Under the pieces are notes generated by a model, which did no database searches, was not told where the DNA came from, and worked only from the letters and a program-made list of their open reading frames with translations. 64,000 bases of DNA from Candidatus Nanoarchaeia archaeon (GTDB lineage Archaea > Nanobdellota > Nanobdellia > Pacearchaeales > GW2011-AR1), in the NCBI GenBank assembly GCA_035548435.1, contig DASZSY010000036.1, positions 1,262 to 65,261 on the forward strand. The letters run 5' to 3'. This document shows positions 47,481-56,809 of this stretch, piece after piece. Position 1 is the first letter of the stretch. Each line of letters opens with the position of its first letter. The translations under genes and the position numbers were made by a program.

Positions 47481-47990
47481 TTAGATTTGATAGTCTAAAC
47501 GGGATTGGTCTTGCAGTGTTAAGTTTGTAATTCCTCTAGATTGTGTTGTGTGCGTTTGAGCTGCTGTAGGCAAGGTAGCTCTTGTTTCAGTATATCCTGC
47601 TGGAGAGCTTCCAAAATCTGTATTTGTCTTAAGAGATTTTTCAACTATATTTGTAAGAGTTTGAATAGATACAGGCTTATGAATTACTCTTATTCCAGAT
47701 AGCTCTATTTCTTTTTCTCTTCTATCACTTAAAACCGTAGTAATTAAAAAATAATTTTTGGCGGCTCTTCCTTCAGTACGTAGAATATTATATGCTTCAA
47801 GTCCATTCAATCTAGGCATATTATCATCGCTCAAAACAAGATCATAGCTTTCTTGCCTTGCCTTGCTTACCAGGTCTTCTCCATTAAAAACTACTTCTAT
47901 ATGTGCCAGAGGTAAAGCTCTAACTACAATTTCTCTATACATCTTACCTAAGATTTCGTCATCGTCTGCAATAATTATTTTATGACTCAT
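47481..47990 (-). CDS. stand-alone response-regulator receiver (CheY-like REC) domain protein with a Thr/Ser/Gln-rich C-terminal tail
   Basis: IIIADDDEIL ... DLVLSDDNMPRLNG ... KP pattern (phospho-acceptor Asp in LSDDNMP); no histidine kinase in the window. Confidence 0.65.
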   Translation of the reverse strand: MSHKIIIADDDEILGKMYREIVVRALPLAHIEVVFNGEDLVSKARQESYDLVLSDDNMPRLNGLEAYNILRTEGRAAKNYFLITTVLSDRREKEIELSGIRVIHKPVSIQTLTNIVEKSLKTNTDFGSSPAGYTETRATLPTAAQTHTTQSRGITNLTLQDQSRLDYQI

Positions 47991-48064
47991 GGGAAACCTT
48001 TGTAAAAAATACTCTATTTAAAGTTATTTAAAGAAATTTTTATGTCGAATGCAAAAAGAGATAT

Positions 48065-48373
48065 TTATCTGTAAACTCTCCAAGTGTGTCTGCACTTTGT
48101 ACACTTGTAGAATTTTGTTTCTGATTCATCTGAAGCTCTTGTTTGAGTGGTCCAAAAGAATGCTTTCTTGTTTTCACACTTTGGACACTCTATCTGTACA
48201 ATCGGATAGGTATTTTGCTTATCTTCATCAATTACTGCAATGCTTTCTTTTGATTCAACTTTTTCAGTGGATTCTATTTTTATCTTCTTTTTTGGTTTAT
48301 AATTACAATTAGCACAAACGGCCTTTCCGTCTTGCAATATTAGTAAAGCTCCACAGCGATCGCAAAATTCCAT
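48065..48373 (-). CDS. tfs: transcription factor S / RNA polymerase subunit M (TFIIS-type zinc ribbon)
   Basis: N-terminal C4 ribbon (CDRCGALL ... CANC) and C-terminal TFIIS-type ribbon CPKCENKKAFFWTTQTRASDE...YKCTKCRHTWR. Confidence 0.8.
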   Translation of the reverse strand: MEFCDRCGALLILQDGKAVCANCNYKPKKKIKIESTEKVESKESIAVIDEDKQNTYPIVQIECPKCENKKAFFWTTQTRASDESETKFYKCTKCRHTWRVYR

Positions 48374-48395
48374 AATTGGTTAGTAAAAGCTAAAT

Positions 48396-48472
48396 GTTAT
48401 TTAAAAGTTCCTATTGTTCTTTTTTTGAACTTTTAAGCCAAGAAAAGCTTTGCTTTTCTATGTTTAAACCTT
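48396..48472 (-). promoter_or_regulatory. conserved ~70-nt element, copy 2, carrying TATA TTTTAAATA about 30 nt upstream of tfs
   Basis: Roughly 85% identical to 25876-25943 outside a variable spacer; hairpin arms AAAAGTTC/GAACTTTT. Confidence 0.5.
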
Positions 48473-48519
48473 TAGTCTATATAGACTAAATGGTTATCAG
48501 AATTAGAATAATTCCGAGG

Positions 48520-48550
48520 AGTTCCTATTGTTCGTTTTTGAAGCTTTTAT
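48520..48550 (-). repeat. partial third copy (core about 30 nt) of the conserved element, overlapping the stop codon of the signal peptidase gene
   Basis: AGTTCCTATTGTTCgTTTTTGAAgCTTTTA versus AGTTCCTATTGTTCtTTTTTTGAACTTTTA at 48405-48434. Confidence 0.45.
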
Positions 48551-49107
48551 TTACAGAATCCACGTTCAGATGAGCTCTTGAAAGGCTCAAAGAATATTAA
48601 TTTCACCCATCCCAGAAGAGGTATTTTTCCTACGGCTTTGCCAAGTACTTTATTTCCACTTATAGATTTTTCAATATCTAACTGTTGAAGGTTGTTGTCT
48701 CCTTTCGTGTTTAAAGGAACTGTATCAATTACTCTATGGATTACAGGATATTTTGTCCCTGCTAGAAATATTATTACATCTCCCTGCTCTATTTTATCTG
48801 CACCCTTGACAAAAATAATATCTCCCTTTGTAAAACCGTTTTCTAGGGTAAACTTTCTAAAAGTTTCTTTACTTATTCCTTGATCTTCATACCAAAGTCC
48901 GTTTTGATTCCACCATCCTTCAAAGTTGGAATTGTGATGCATTGAACATGACTCAACTACTACAAGAGGAAGTGAAGTTCCAGTTATCCAGGATAGAGAA
49001 GGAAATAATATGAATTTTATAATTATAAATATCAAAACCAATGAAACTAGCCAGGATGAGAATGTGTCTTTTTTGAGAAATTCCCAGAATTTAGTTAAAT
49101 TATTCAT
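48547..49107 (-). CDS. signal peptidase I, archaeal Sec11-type
   Basis: N-terminal transmembrane helix, catalytic Ser region VVESCSMHH, and conserved His/Asp region (YPVIHRVID). Confidence 0.7.
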   Translation of the reverse strand: MNNLTKFWEFLKKDTFSSWLVSLVLIFIIIKFILFPSLSWITGTSLPLVVVESCSMHHNSNFEGWWNQNGLWYEDQGISKETFRKFTLENGFTKGDIIFVKGADKIEQGDVIIFLAGTKYPVIHRVIDTVPLNTKGDNNLQQLDIEKSISGNKVLGKAVGKIPLLGWVKLIFFEPFKSSSERGFCK

Positions 49108-49189
49108 TTAGCAGATAGGAATTAGTGTCTTTTAAATTATATGAATTATCAATACTAATCTTTAAGAATAGCAAATATGGAGAAATTCA

Positions 49190-49471
49190 ATGAAAAGAAT
49201 AGAACTAGGATATTTACCAATACTTGCTTTTGATCCAAATAGAAGAACATATGATATTGCAGAGATTGCAAAGGTTACTTTAGATGACTACACTGTTCTT
49301 GATAGAGTGTTTGTTGTAGGAACAAGAAATCATGAAACCTGGCACCTTGTTTATTCTGAATCTTCTTCAAGGGATGGAAATATTGAGGAAGAAAAATTGA
49401 AGAGCGTGTCTCTCGACAGAGTTGTGGGATATAATCCAAATGTTTCAACAGATGCGCCGTGCGGGAATTGA
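49190..49471 (+). CDS. doubtful ORF (93 aa) whose 3' end overlaps tRNA-Gly on the opposite strand
   Basis: ORF only; overlaps tRNA-Gly by 19 nt. Confidence 0.15.
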   Translation: MKRIELGYLPILAFDPNRRTYDIAEIAKVTLDDYTVLDRVFVVGTRNHETWHLVYSESSSRDGNIEEEKLKSVSLDRVVGYNPNVSTDAPCGN

Positions 49472-49523
49472 ACCCGCCTCTCGAACTTGGGAAGCTCGCA
49501 TTCTACCGATGAACTAACAGCGC
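49453..49523 (-). tRNA. tRNA-Gly (anticodon CCC)
   Basis: Reverse complement folds: acceptor GCGCUGU/ACGGCGC, anticodon stem CGAGC/GUUCG with loop UUCCCAA, T-stem GCGGG/CCCGC, discriminator A. Confidence 0.75.
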
Positions 49524-49601
49524 ACTAGAATGACTGCATATAGTTCTATTAAAAGTTATATAAGTAATGTTTATAAACGGATTTCTTATTTTTAAATTAG
49601 A

Positions 49602-49675
49602 GATCCCGTAGCTCAGCCTGGTAGAGCACTACTCTGATACGGTAGGGGTCCCAGGTTCAAATCCTGGCGGGATCA
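49602..49675 (+). tRNA. tRNA-Ile (anticodon GAT)
   Basis: Acceptor GAUCCCG/CGGGAUC, D-stem GCUC/GAGC, anticodon stem CUACU/GGUAG with loop CUGAUAC, T-stem CCAGG/CCUGG with loop UUCAAAU. Confidence 0.8.
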
Positions 49676-50296
49676 TTCTTGTTTAGTATTAAACTCAACA
49701 ATAACCTTGTTTTTTTCAAGAACTACCGTTTTTATTGGTAAACTTATTGGAAGGGTATTAACGTACATCTTTTTGCTTCCCAGTGCTTTTACTTCATATC
49801 CAGATTCAAGGCGAGAAACAAATACGTCTTCAGTTGCAACAACTCCTGGAGTCGTTAGTTCATATATTACTCTATCTCCTAATCTTTTTATGTTTGTTTT
49901 AGCAGGTTTTCTTGGAAGAGAAGAAAGTCTTTTCATTTGGTCTTCTGTTAATGTTCTTTTTACAATTTTAGGTTCTGCTTTCTTTTTTGGCAGGGCAGGA
50001 GATCCTATTTTTATTTTTATTCCGTTAGGTAGATTTGTTACTTGAGCGTTTTCTGTTAGTTGTTTATCTAAATTCTTTATTACGCTGTTTAGAAGTGAAG
50101 AAATCATTTTATCTGTGAAGCCAGGCATTTGTTCCATTTCTTCAAAACCATCGTGTGCTCCCAATAATCCATAGTCTTCTCTTTGCTTGGCCTTGGAAAT
50201 TAAAGATTTTCCACAATAAGGGCAATAGCTAAAGTCGTCCTGTATTTTTGAATTACAGTTTCCACACATTTCTCCAGATTTTTTCTTAAAGAACAT
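49673..50296 (-). CDS. zinc-ribbon protein with a C-terminal beta-sandwich (Hsp20-like?) domain
   Basis: N-terminal CGNC ... CPYCG ribbon; beta-strand-rich C-terminal half. Confidence 0.45.
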   Translation of the reverse strand: MFFKKKSGEMCGNCNSKIQDDFSYCPYCGKSLISKAKQREDYGLLGAHDGFEEMEQMPGFTDKMISSLLNSVIKNLDKQLTENAQVTNLPNGIKIKIGSPALPKKKAEPKIVKRTLTEDQMKRLSSLPRKPAKTNIKRLGDRVIYELTTPGVVATEDVFVSRLESGYEVKALGSKKMYVNTLPISLPIKTVVLEKNKVIVEFNTKQE

Positions 50297-50333
50297 AGTC
50301 TAGTTCGAAATGAAATGAAATTTTTAAATGTTC

Positions 50334-51680
50334 CTACTTCTCTATGAGATTTTTTATCATTCTTGTATCGTGATGAATTGTTTTTAGAGGATGAATTAAA
50401 TCAAAATTTAATGTTTTAGAGTGAGAACTTCTTACATCTTTTAGTTTAGATAGGAACAATAAACTTACTGCTCCTCTAAATATCATTGCAATCAAGAATA
50501 CTATAAAGAAGATGTTTGGAACTGTTCTAAATGAAGTCAAAAGTAATCCTCCTAAAATAGATCCTACGACTGTTCCAAATCCACCTAGAACGTTTACGTG
50601 AGCTACAGTTGTTCCTCTGGTCTGAGTTGGAGTGTTTGCATAAATATAATTGGTTAATCCTATGTTAAGTGCGGCGTTGGCAATACCGTTTAACAATTGA
50701 GGAATTAATAATATTAGAATAGGGTTTTGGAATATTATCCACATTGGAGGAGTTATTGCGAAAAGAAATCCTGCCAAACTTAAAAGTGAAGCATTTCCAT
50801 ATCTATCAGAGAATTTTCCTATGAGTGGAAGAAAGATTAAGCTCCAAGCTGCGCTTCCCATTATCAAAATAGTATATATCAAATAGCTGTATTGTCTTTC
50901 TTGCAAAAGATAGACTGAGAAAAAAGGAGATGCAATCATTAAAGCAAAATTGAATGCAGCCATTCCTATTGTGAACTGTCCCATCTTGTCTTTTACTGAA
51001 AAGAATTTTTTCCAGGGCAATTCAATTATTTTTATTTTACCTTTTGGAGGATCGTACTGCCTTTTAAGATACATAAATGAAATTGCTCTGAAAATTGCAG
51101 CCAGAATAAATAGCAGAGCGAATCCGTAAATTACCTTGCTTATATCTTTGAAATAATCTAGAATCACTGCCCCCAGTAGAATACTTATCATTCCAACAAT
51201 CCCGATTATAACTCCGCGTTTACTGAAATATTTTCCACGTTCTTGTTTCTTTACAAGAGAACCCATCCAGGAGAAGAAAGCTGGGTGCAGCAAACCGCCG
51301 AGAATTCCTCCAAGAATATACAAAGTCATTATTGAATACAAGGGGATTTTATTTATCATCAAAGCAGGGATGATTAGAACTGCTCCAAGTAGCATCCAAC
51401 CTATTACTTGAAGAAATACGAAATTCAAAACTATTTTTTTATTAGGGTATTTTTTTTCTAGTTTATTTCCCCAGAGTTGAGCTAGTGGTCCCATTATTCC
51501 AGTAATTGCACTTAGAAAACCTACGTGTCCTGCAGTTCCTCCAACAGCTAACATTGCTGGAGTAACATACTGATCTCCAAAACCCATCATGGCGTTTGCA
51601 GCACAACCTTCTTTTATGCTAATTTCTAGAGCTTCTTTTTTTTGTCTTTCCTCTTTTATGGGCATAAAGCGAATAAACAA
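50334..51680 (-). CDS. major facilitator superfamily transporter (12 transmembrane helices)
   Basis: About 12 hydrophobic helices; MFS-like loop motifs. Confidence 0.7.
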   Translation of the reverse strand: MFIRFMPIKEERQKKEALEISIKEGCAANAMMGFGDQYVTPAMLAVGGTAGHVGFLSAITGIMGPLAQLWGNKLEKKYPNKKIVLNFVFLQVIGWMLLGAVLIIPALMINKIPLYSIMTLYILGGILGGLLHPAFFSWMGSLVKKQERGKYFSKRGVIIGIVGMISILLGAVILDYFKDISKVIYGFALLFILAAIFRAISFMYLKRQYDPPKGKIKIIELPWKKFFSVKDKMGQFTIGMAAFNFALMIASPFFSVYLLQERQYSYLIYTILIMGSAAWSLIFLPLIGKFSDRYGNASLLSLAGFLFAITPPMWIIFQNPILILLIPQLLNGIANAALNIGLTNYIYANTPTQTRGTTVAHVNVLGGFGTVVGSILGGLLLTSFRTVPNIFFIVFLIAMIFRGAVSLLFLSKLKDVRSSHSKTLNFDLIHPLKTIHHDTRMIKNLIEK

Positions 51681-51798
51681 AAAGTGTTTATAGATGTTTT
51701 TGATTTTTCATATTACGTCGATAAATAAGAATATGTTTATTTTACTTTCATAAAGTTTAAATAGTATATACGCTCCCGTGTATACATAAAAGAATAAC

Positions 51799-52167
51799 AT
51801 GACAGACATATTTGATACCACCATATTATGCAAGAAATGTAATATTAAAATGCAGCCTGGAATAGTAAATAGACAAGGCTTTGAACTTAGAGCAGTAAAG
51901 TGTAACAAATGCGGAGATACTATAATTCATCCGGCAGATATGAATGGTTTAGAACATTATAATAATATAAAGGGTAAAACTTTTAATGTTAAGCTGAGAG
52001 TTGTTGGAAATAGCCACGCCATCAGCATACCTAAAGAAATAATCAATTTTATGGAGGAACAACACAAACTTATGAGAAAGGACATGGATGACATGGTTAG
52101 ACTATGTTTTGAAGATTTTGATAAGTTGAGTGTTAAATTTGGAGATGAAGATGAAGAAAAATACTGA
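51799..52167 (+). CDS. zinc-ribbon plus AbrB/MazE-like swapped-hairpin domain protein, overlapping the start of cdc48
   Basis: CKKCN ... CNKCG ribbon; VVGNSHAISIPKEIINF resembles the AbrB/SpoVT motif. Confidence 0.5.
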   Translation: MTDIFDTTILCKKCNIKMQPGIVNRQGFELRAVKCNKCGDTIIHPADMNGLEHYNNIKGKTFNVKLRVVGNSHAISIPKEIINFMEEQHKLMRKDMDDMVRLCFEDFDKLSVKFGDEDEEKY

Positions 52168-54439
52168 ATTTAAGTTGAAAGTTGTTGAGGCATTGCAAGA
52201 CGATGCTTACAAGGGAGTTGCTAGAATAGATCCTCAGATAATGAGAAATCTTGGACTTAGTAGAGGAGACATAATTACAATAAAGGGTGGAAAGGAAACT
52301 GTTGCACTAGTTGATAGAGCTTACCCGGCCGATGTTGGGGAAACAATAATTAGAATTGATGGACTTATAAGAAGAAATGCAAAAACTTCTGTTGGAGAAA
52401 GTGTTAGCATTGCAAAGGCTGCAATAAAATCTGCAAATAAGGTTTCAATTGCTCCAGCACAACAGGGAGTTGTTGTACAGACAGACCCAGAAATATTCAA
52501 AAACGCTTTGCTTGGAAGACCTGTAGTAAAAGGAGATATAATTGCTCTAGGAGGAGTAAGACAAAGAAGAGATTTCCAAATGCAAGACGGTATGCCAGAT
52601 TTCTTTGGAGACTTGAATGATTTGTTTGGGCAGGGTCTTGGAGGATTTGCAGGATTCCAGAATCTGAAGTTCCACGTTTTTAGTACAAGCCCTAGTGCTC
52701 CTTGTGTTATAACTGAAGATACAGAAATAATTCTAAGCCCTAAAGCAGTGGACATGGCTGAGGAAACTTTCCCAGATGTAACTTATGAAGACATTGGAGG
52801 ATTAACAGATGAAGTAAAGAAGATAAGAGAAATGGTAGAATTACCTTTGAAGCATCCAGAAGTGTTTGATAAACTTGGAATTGAGCCGCCAAAAGGAGTT
52901 CTTTTGCACGGACCTCCAGGAACAGGAAAAACTTTACTTGCTAAAGCAGTTGCAAATGAATCTGAAGCACACTTTATATTATTAAATGGACCTGAAATAA
53001 TGTCTAAGTTTTATGGAGAAAGTGAAAAGAAAATAAGAGATATATTTGAAGATGCAGAAAAAAATGCTCCTGCAATTATATTCATAGACGAAGTTGACGC
53101 CATTGCCCCAAAGAGAGAAGAAGTTCAGGGAGAAGTTGAAAGACGTGTTGTAAGTCAATTGCTAACAATGATGGATGGACTTAAGTCTAGAGGAAAGATT
53201 GTTGTTATTGGAGCAACAAACAGACCTAATTCAATAGATCCTGCATTGAGAAGACCTGGAAGATTTGACAGAGAAGTTGAAATTTCTGTTCCTGATAAAA
53301 AAGGAAGATTGAACATTTTGAAGATACATACAAGAAATATGCCGTTGTCTAAAGATGTTAACTTAGAGATACTTGCTGGAAAAACACACGGATTTGTTGG
53401 AGCAGATTTAAATGCTTTGACAAAAGAGGCTGCTATGAGTGTACTAAGAAAACTTTTACCTGAAATGAAGCTTGAAGATGATCAGCCTGTTTCACAGGAA
53501 TTGCTTGATAAGATAGTAATCAAAGCTACTGACTTTGAAGAAGCTCTTAGAGTTGTTCGCCCTAGTGCAATGAGAGAAGTTTTAGTTGAAGCCCCTAATG
53601 TGGGTTGGAACGATATTGGAGGACTTGATGAAACCAAACAACAATTAAAGGAAGCAGTTGAGTGGCCTATTAAACATCCTGAAAGCTTTAGAAGACTTGG
53701 AATAAGACCTCCAAGAGGAATATTGCTTTACGGACCTCCAGGAACAGGAAAAACTTTACTTGCTAAGGCAGTTGCAAAAGAAAGCGAAGCCAATTTCATA
53801 AACGTTAAAGGACCAAGTTTACTAAGTATGTGGGTTGGAAAATCTGAAGAAGGAGTCAGAAAAGTATTTGAGAGAGCAAGACAAGTTTCTCCTTGCGTAG
53901 TATTCTTTGATGAAATAGATGCTTTGGCAGGAAGAAGAGGAGCAGATAGTGGACAGAAAGTTACTGAGAGAGTGTTGAATCAATTACTTGCTGAAGTGGA
54001 TGGACTTGAGGGACTCAAGGATGTAACTATAATTGGAGCAACAAATAGACCTGACATGCTGGATCCAGCACTGATGAGACCTGGAAGATTTGACAGAATA
54101 ATACTTGTAGATGTTCCAGATGAAGAATCAAGAAAGAAAATATTTGAAGTACATACAAAGAGTATGCCTTTGGCAAAAGATGTAAGCTTAACAGAGCTTG
54201 TTAAACAAACAGAAGGATTTGTTGGAGCAGATATTGAGGGACTAATAAGAGAAGCAGCTATGAATGCACTAAGAGCAAATCCAGAGTCAAAGGAAGTAAC
54301 AAAGAAAGACTTTGATGAGGCACTGAAGAAGATTAGACCTTCTGTTTCACCAGAGACGGCAAAGAGATACAAGAAAATGGAAGATTATTACATAAAGAGT
54401 GCTAAAGCTGGAATTGAAGTCGGACCAATGTATACTTAA
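52145..54439 (+). CDS. cdc48: CDC48/VCP-like AAA+ ATPase (double-psi N domain plus two AAA cassettes)
   Basis: Two Walker A sites GPPGTGKT, two Walker B DEVDA/DEIDA, SRH regions; N-terminal CDC48-N pattern. Confidence 0.9.
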   Translation: MKMKKNTEFKLKVVEALQDDAYKGVARIDPQIMRNLGLSRGDIITIKGGKETVALVDRAYPADVGETIIRIDGLIRRNAKTSVGESVSIAKAAIKSANKVSIAPAQQGVVVQTDPEIFKNALLGRPVVKGDIIALGGVRQRRDFQMQDGMPDFFGDLNDLFGQGLGGFAGFQNLKFHVFSTSPSAPCVITEDTEIILSPKAVDMAEETFPDVTYEDIGGLTDEVKKIREMVELPLKHPEVFDKLGIEPPKGVLLHGPPGTGKTLLAKAVANESEAHFILLNGPEIMSKFYGESEKKIRDIFEDAEKNAPAIIFIDEVDAIAPKREEVQGEVERRVVSQLLTMMDGLKSRGKIVVIGATNRPNSIDPALRRPGRFDREVEISVPDKKGRLNILKIHTRNMPLSKDVNLEILAGKTHGFVGADLNALTKEAAMSVLRKLLPEMKLEDDQPVSQELLDKIVIKATDFEEALRVVRPSAMREVLVEAPNVGWNDIGGLDETKQQLKEAVEWPIKHPESFRRLGIRPPRGILLYGPPGTGKTLLAKAVAKESEANFINVKGPSLLSMWVGKSEEGVRKVFERARQVSPCVVFFDEIDALAGRRGADSGQKVTERVLNQLLAEVDGLEGLKDVTIIGATNRPDMLDPALMRPGRFDRIILVDVPDEESRKKIFEVHTKSMPLAKDVSLTELVKQTEGFVGADIEGLIREAAMNALRANPESKEVTKKDFDEALKKIRPSVSPETAKRYKKMEDYYIKSAKAGIEVGPMYT

Positions 54440-54924
54440 TGGGAATAGAAGAAGTTGAAAGAGTGAAGAAAATATTTTCTGAATTACATCTTAATCCGAT
54501 ATACATGGAGCACGAAGCTGTTTTAACAAGTCAACAGGCAGCTGAGACAAGAGGATTTGAATTAAAACAAGGAATAAAGGCAATATTATTTGCAAATGGA
54601 CTTGGAGATTTTGCTTTAGTAAACGTTCCGGCTGATAAAAAAATAAATCAAAAGAAAGTTGCTGAAGTTTTAGGTTGGAACAAGAAAGACATAAGGATGG
54701 CTACCGAAGAAGAAGTTTTAGAGCAGACAGGGTGTCAAATTGGCAGTGTTCCTCCCTTTGGACATAAAAATAAAATTAAATTGCTTTTGGATGTTGGAGT
54801 TTATGATAATGAAGAAAGTGATTTTAATATAGGATTAAGAACTCAGTCTGTAAAAATAAAAACAGAAGAGATGAGAAGAGTTTTTCATTTTGTTGACGCG
54901 GAAGAAGGCCAATTTGCTAAGTAA
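54439..54924 (+). CDS. YbaK/ProX-type aminoacyl-tRNA trans-editing deacylase
   Basis: KAILFANG ... GCQIGSVPPFG pattern of the YbaK family. Confidence 0.65.
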   Translation: MGIEEVERVKKIFSELHLNPIYMEHEAVLTSQQAAETRGFELKQGIKAILFANGLGDFALVNVPADKKINQKKVAEVLGWNKKDIRMATEEEVLEQTGCQIGSVPPFGHKNKIKLLLDVGVYDNEESDFNIGLRTQSVKIKTEEMRRVFHFVDAEEGQFAK

Positions 54925-55998
54925 TTAAATAAATTTCTTTAAACTTTCCTGATTATTTCCGTTAAGTAATGTATGAGGTATAGATTCTCTCATTCCTGCC
55001 GATGTTATTTCAATAAAATCTGCTTTCCCTCTTAATTTTTCTATACTATCTGTTCCAACATAAGTCATTCCCGATGCAAGGCCTCCGAGGAATTTTTTTA
55101 TTATATTCTCAACAGGACCTTTGTAATCTATTGTATTGGATTCTCCTTCTACATTAAATGTTTCAGTTTCTTTACTTCCGTCAAGTTGTTTCTTTTTCAT
55201 TGTTGCTTCATAGCTGGCCATTCCGCGATAATTTTTGTATTTCTTTCCATTCTTTTCAATTATTTCTCCAGGAGCTTCTTCTGTTCCACAGAAAATACTT
55301 CCACTCATAATAGTGTCTGCTCCAGCTCCTATTGCTTTTGTTATATCTCCTGGATGTTTTATTCCTCCATCAGCACATAGAGGAACACGTCCTTGAGTTG
55401 CTTCAAATGCATCCATTATTGCTGTTACTTGCGGGACTCCAGCACCAGTCATTATTCTTGTGGAACATACAGAACCCGGACCTACTCCTATTTTTATTGC
55501 ATCAGCGCCCTTGGAAACAAAATACTCTGCTGCATCTTTTGTTGCTATATTTCCAATCATTACATCAATTTTAGGGTAGTTTTGCTTAACCCACTCTAAA
55601 GTTTTTCCAACGTATTTTGAATGTCCATGAGCTATGTCTATAACAATTATATTTACTCCCGCTCTTACAAGGGCCGGGACTCTTTCTGTGTAATCTTTAA
55701 CACCTACTGCTGCTGCAGCAATCAAGTTTTGTGCTTTAACTTTGATTACTTCTTTGGCTTGTTCTTCTACAGTTAAGAATCTGTGAATGACTCCTAGCCC
55801 TCCAAGCTTGCCCACTGCAATTGCCATTTTACTTTCGCATACTGTGTCCATATTAGCTGCAATAAGAGGCATATCTAACCAATAATTTTTTGTAACTCTT
55901 GTTTTGAAAGAAACATCTTTGCGGGATTGAATTTTATTATATTTAGGAACAATTAGAACATCATCATAGCTATATCCTTTACCTATTATGCGAGCCAT
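54925..55998 (-). CDS. guaB: IMP dehydrogenase/GMP reductase family protein lacking the CBS subdomain
   Basis: Catalytic loop [11 protein letters not shown] (IMPDH GIGPGSICTTR); only 357 aa, so no CBS pair. Confidence 0.7.
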   Translation of the reverse strand: MARIIGKGYSYDDVLIVPKYNKIQSRKDVSFKTRVTKNYWLDMPLIAANMDTVCESKMAIAVGKLGGLGVIHRFLTVEEQAKEVIKVKAQNLIAAAAVGVKDYTERVPALVRAGVNIIVIDIAHGHSKYVGKTLEWVKQNYPKIDVMIGNIATKDAAEYFVSKGADAIKIGVGPGSVCSTRIMTGAGVPQVTAIMDAFEATQGRVPLCADGGIKHPGDITKAIGAGADTIMSGSIFCGTEEAPGEIIEKNGKKYKNYRGMASYEATMKKKQLDGSKETETFNVEGESNTIDYKGPVENIIKKFLGGLASGMTYVGTDSIEKLRGKADFIEITSAGMRESIPHTLLNGNNQESLKKFI

Positions 55999-56061
55999 CC
56001 ATGAAAATTCAAGGAACTTGAGTTTAAAAGAATATATGTTGCTAAATTATTTGGATTATTT

Positions 56062-56715
56062 TTAGGCAGCTTCCCTGAGTCCGTATCTTGAAAGATGCAT
56101 ATCTAAAACATCTGCAGGATTGGCTCCCCTTTCTTTTTCAAAGTCTATTAAAAGAGATGAAACAAGCTTTTTGTTTTTCTCAAGTCCAGCATTTCTGAGT
56201 GCTTTGCCAGTTGGAGTATAGAATTTTTGCTTATCTAGGAATCCTAAAACTTGAGAGTACCATCTTTGAAGATCAGTCAGGCCATATTCCTGTCTAACGG
56301 CTTCAGTTGATTTCCAAAATTCATTTCCTCCAATATTCCATATATCTGAGTCACATATTATTTTTTCTAGTAGTGTTGAAGGGTTTGTTGGTAGTTTTGT
56401 GGACATTACTAGAAGATCATTTACAGCTATTTCTTCATTTTTATAACCTATTTCTTTAAGATATTCACTAGCAAGGGCAGCGCTTCTTTCCTCATTATCA
56501 GTTCTTCCAGGGATTACAATTAGGTCGTGAGTGTATCCTCCAGTCTCTAGTAAAAATATTTCCTTGGATGTGCATCCTTCCATATATCCTAAAGCAGTGG
56601 CGTTGGCAACTACATATAATCCATGTTCAAAGTTGTGGTATGGAAGTTTAGGCATGATTTTTCTTGAGAAAGCTCTAACTTGCTCAAGTTTTTCTCTGTC
56701 TTTTTGGTTTATCAT
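56062..56715 (-). CDS. HD-domain phosphohydrolase
   Basis: HNFEHG ... HD metal-binding motifs. Confidence 0.6.
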   Translation of the reverse strand: MINQKDREKLEQVRAFSRKIMPKLPYHNFEHGLYVVANATALGYMEGCTSKEIFLLETGGYTHDLIVIPGRTDNEERSAALASEYLKEIGYKNEEIAVNDLLVMSTKLPTNPSTLLEKIICDSDIWNIGGNEFWKSTEAVRQEYGLTDLQRWYSQVLGFLDKQKFYTPTGKALRNAGLEKNKKLVSSLLIDFEKERGANPADVLDMHLSRYGLREAA

Positions 56716-56809
56716 GGTAATTATAGAGATATTAGGTATATGAAATAACGCTTCAATTATTGCGTATAAACCTAAATATTTATATATTAAATTAGTTTAT
56801 GTAGGATAA

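Noticed and set aside
49190-49471. 93-aa ORF as a real gene
   Set aside because: Its last 19 nt overlap tRNA-Gly on the opposite strand, and it has no motif or ribosome-binding site. Probably spurious or shorter. Listed with 0.15 confidence only.
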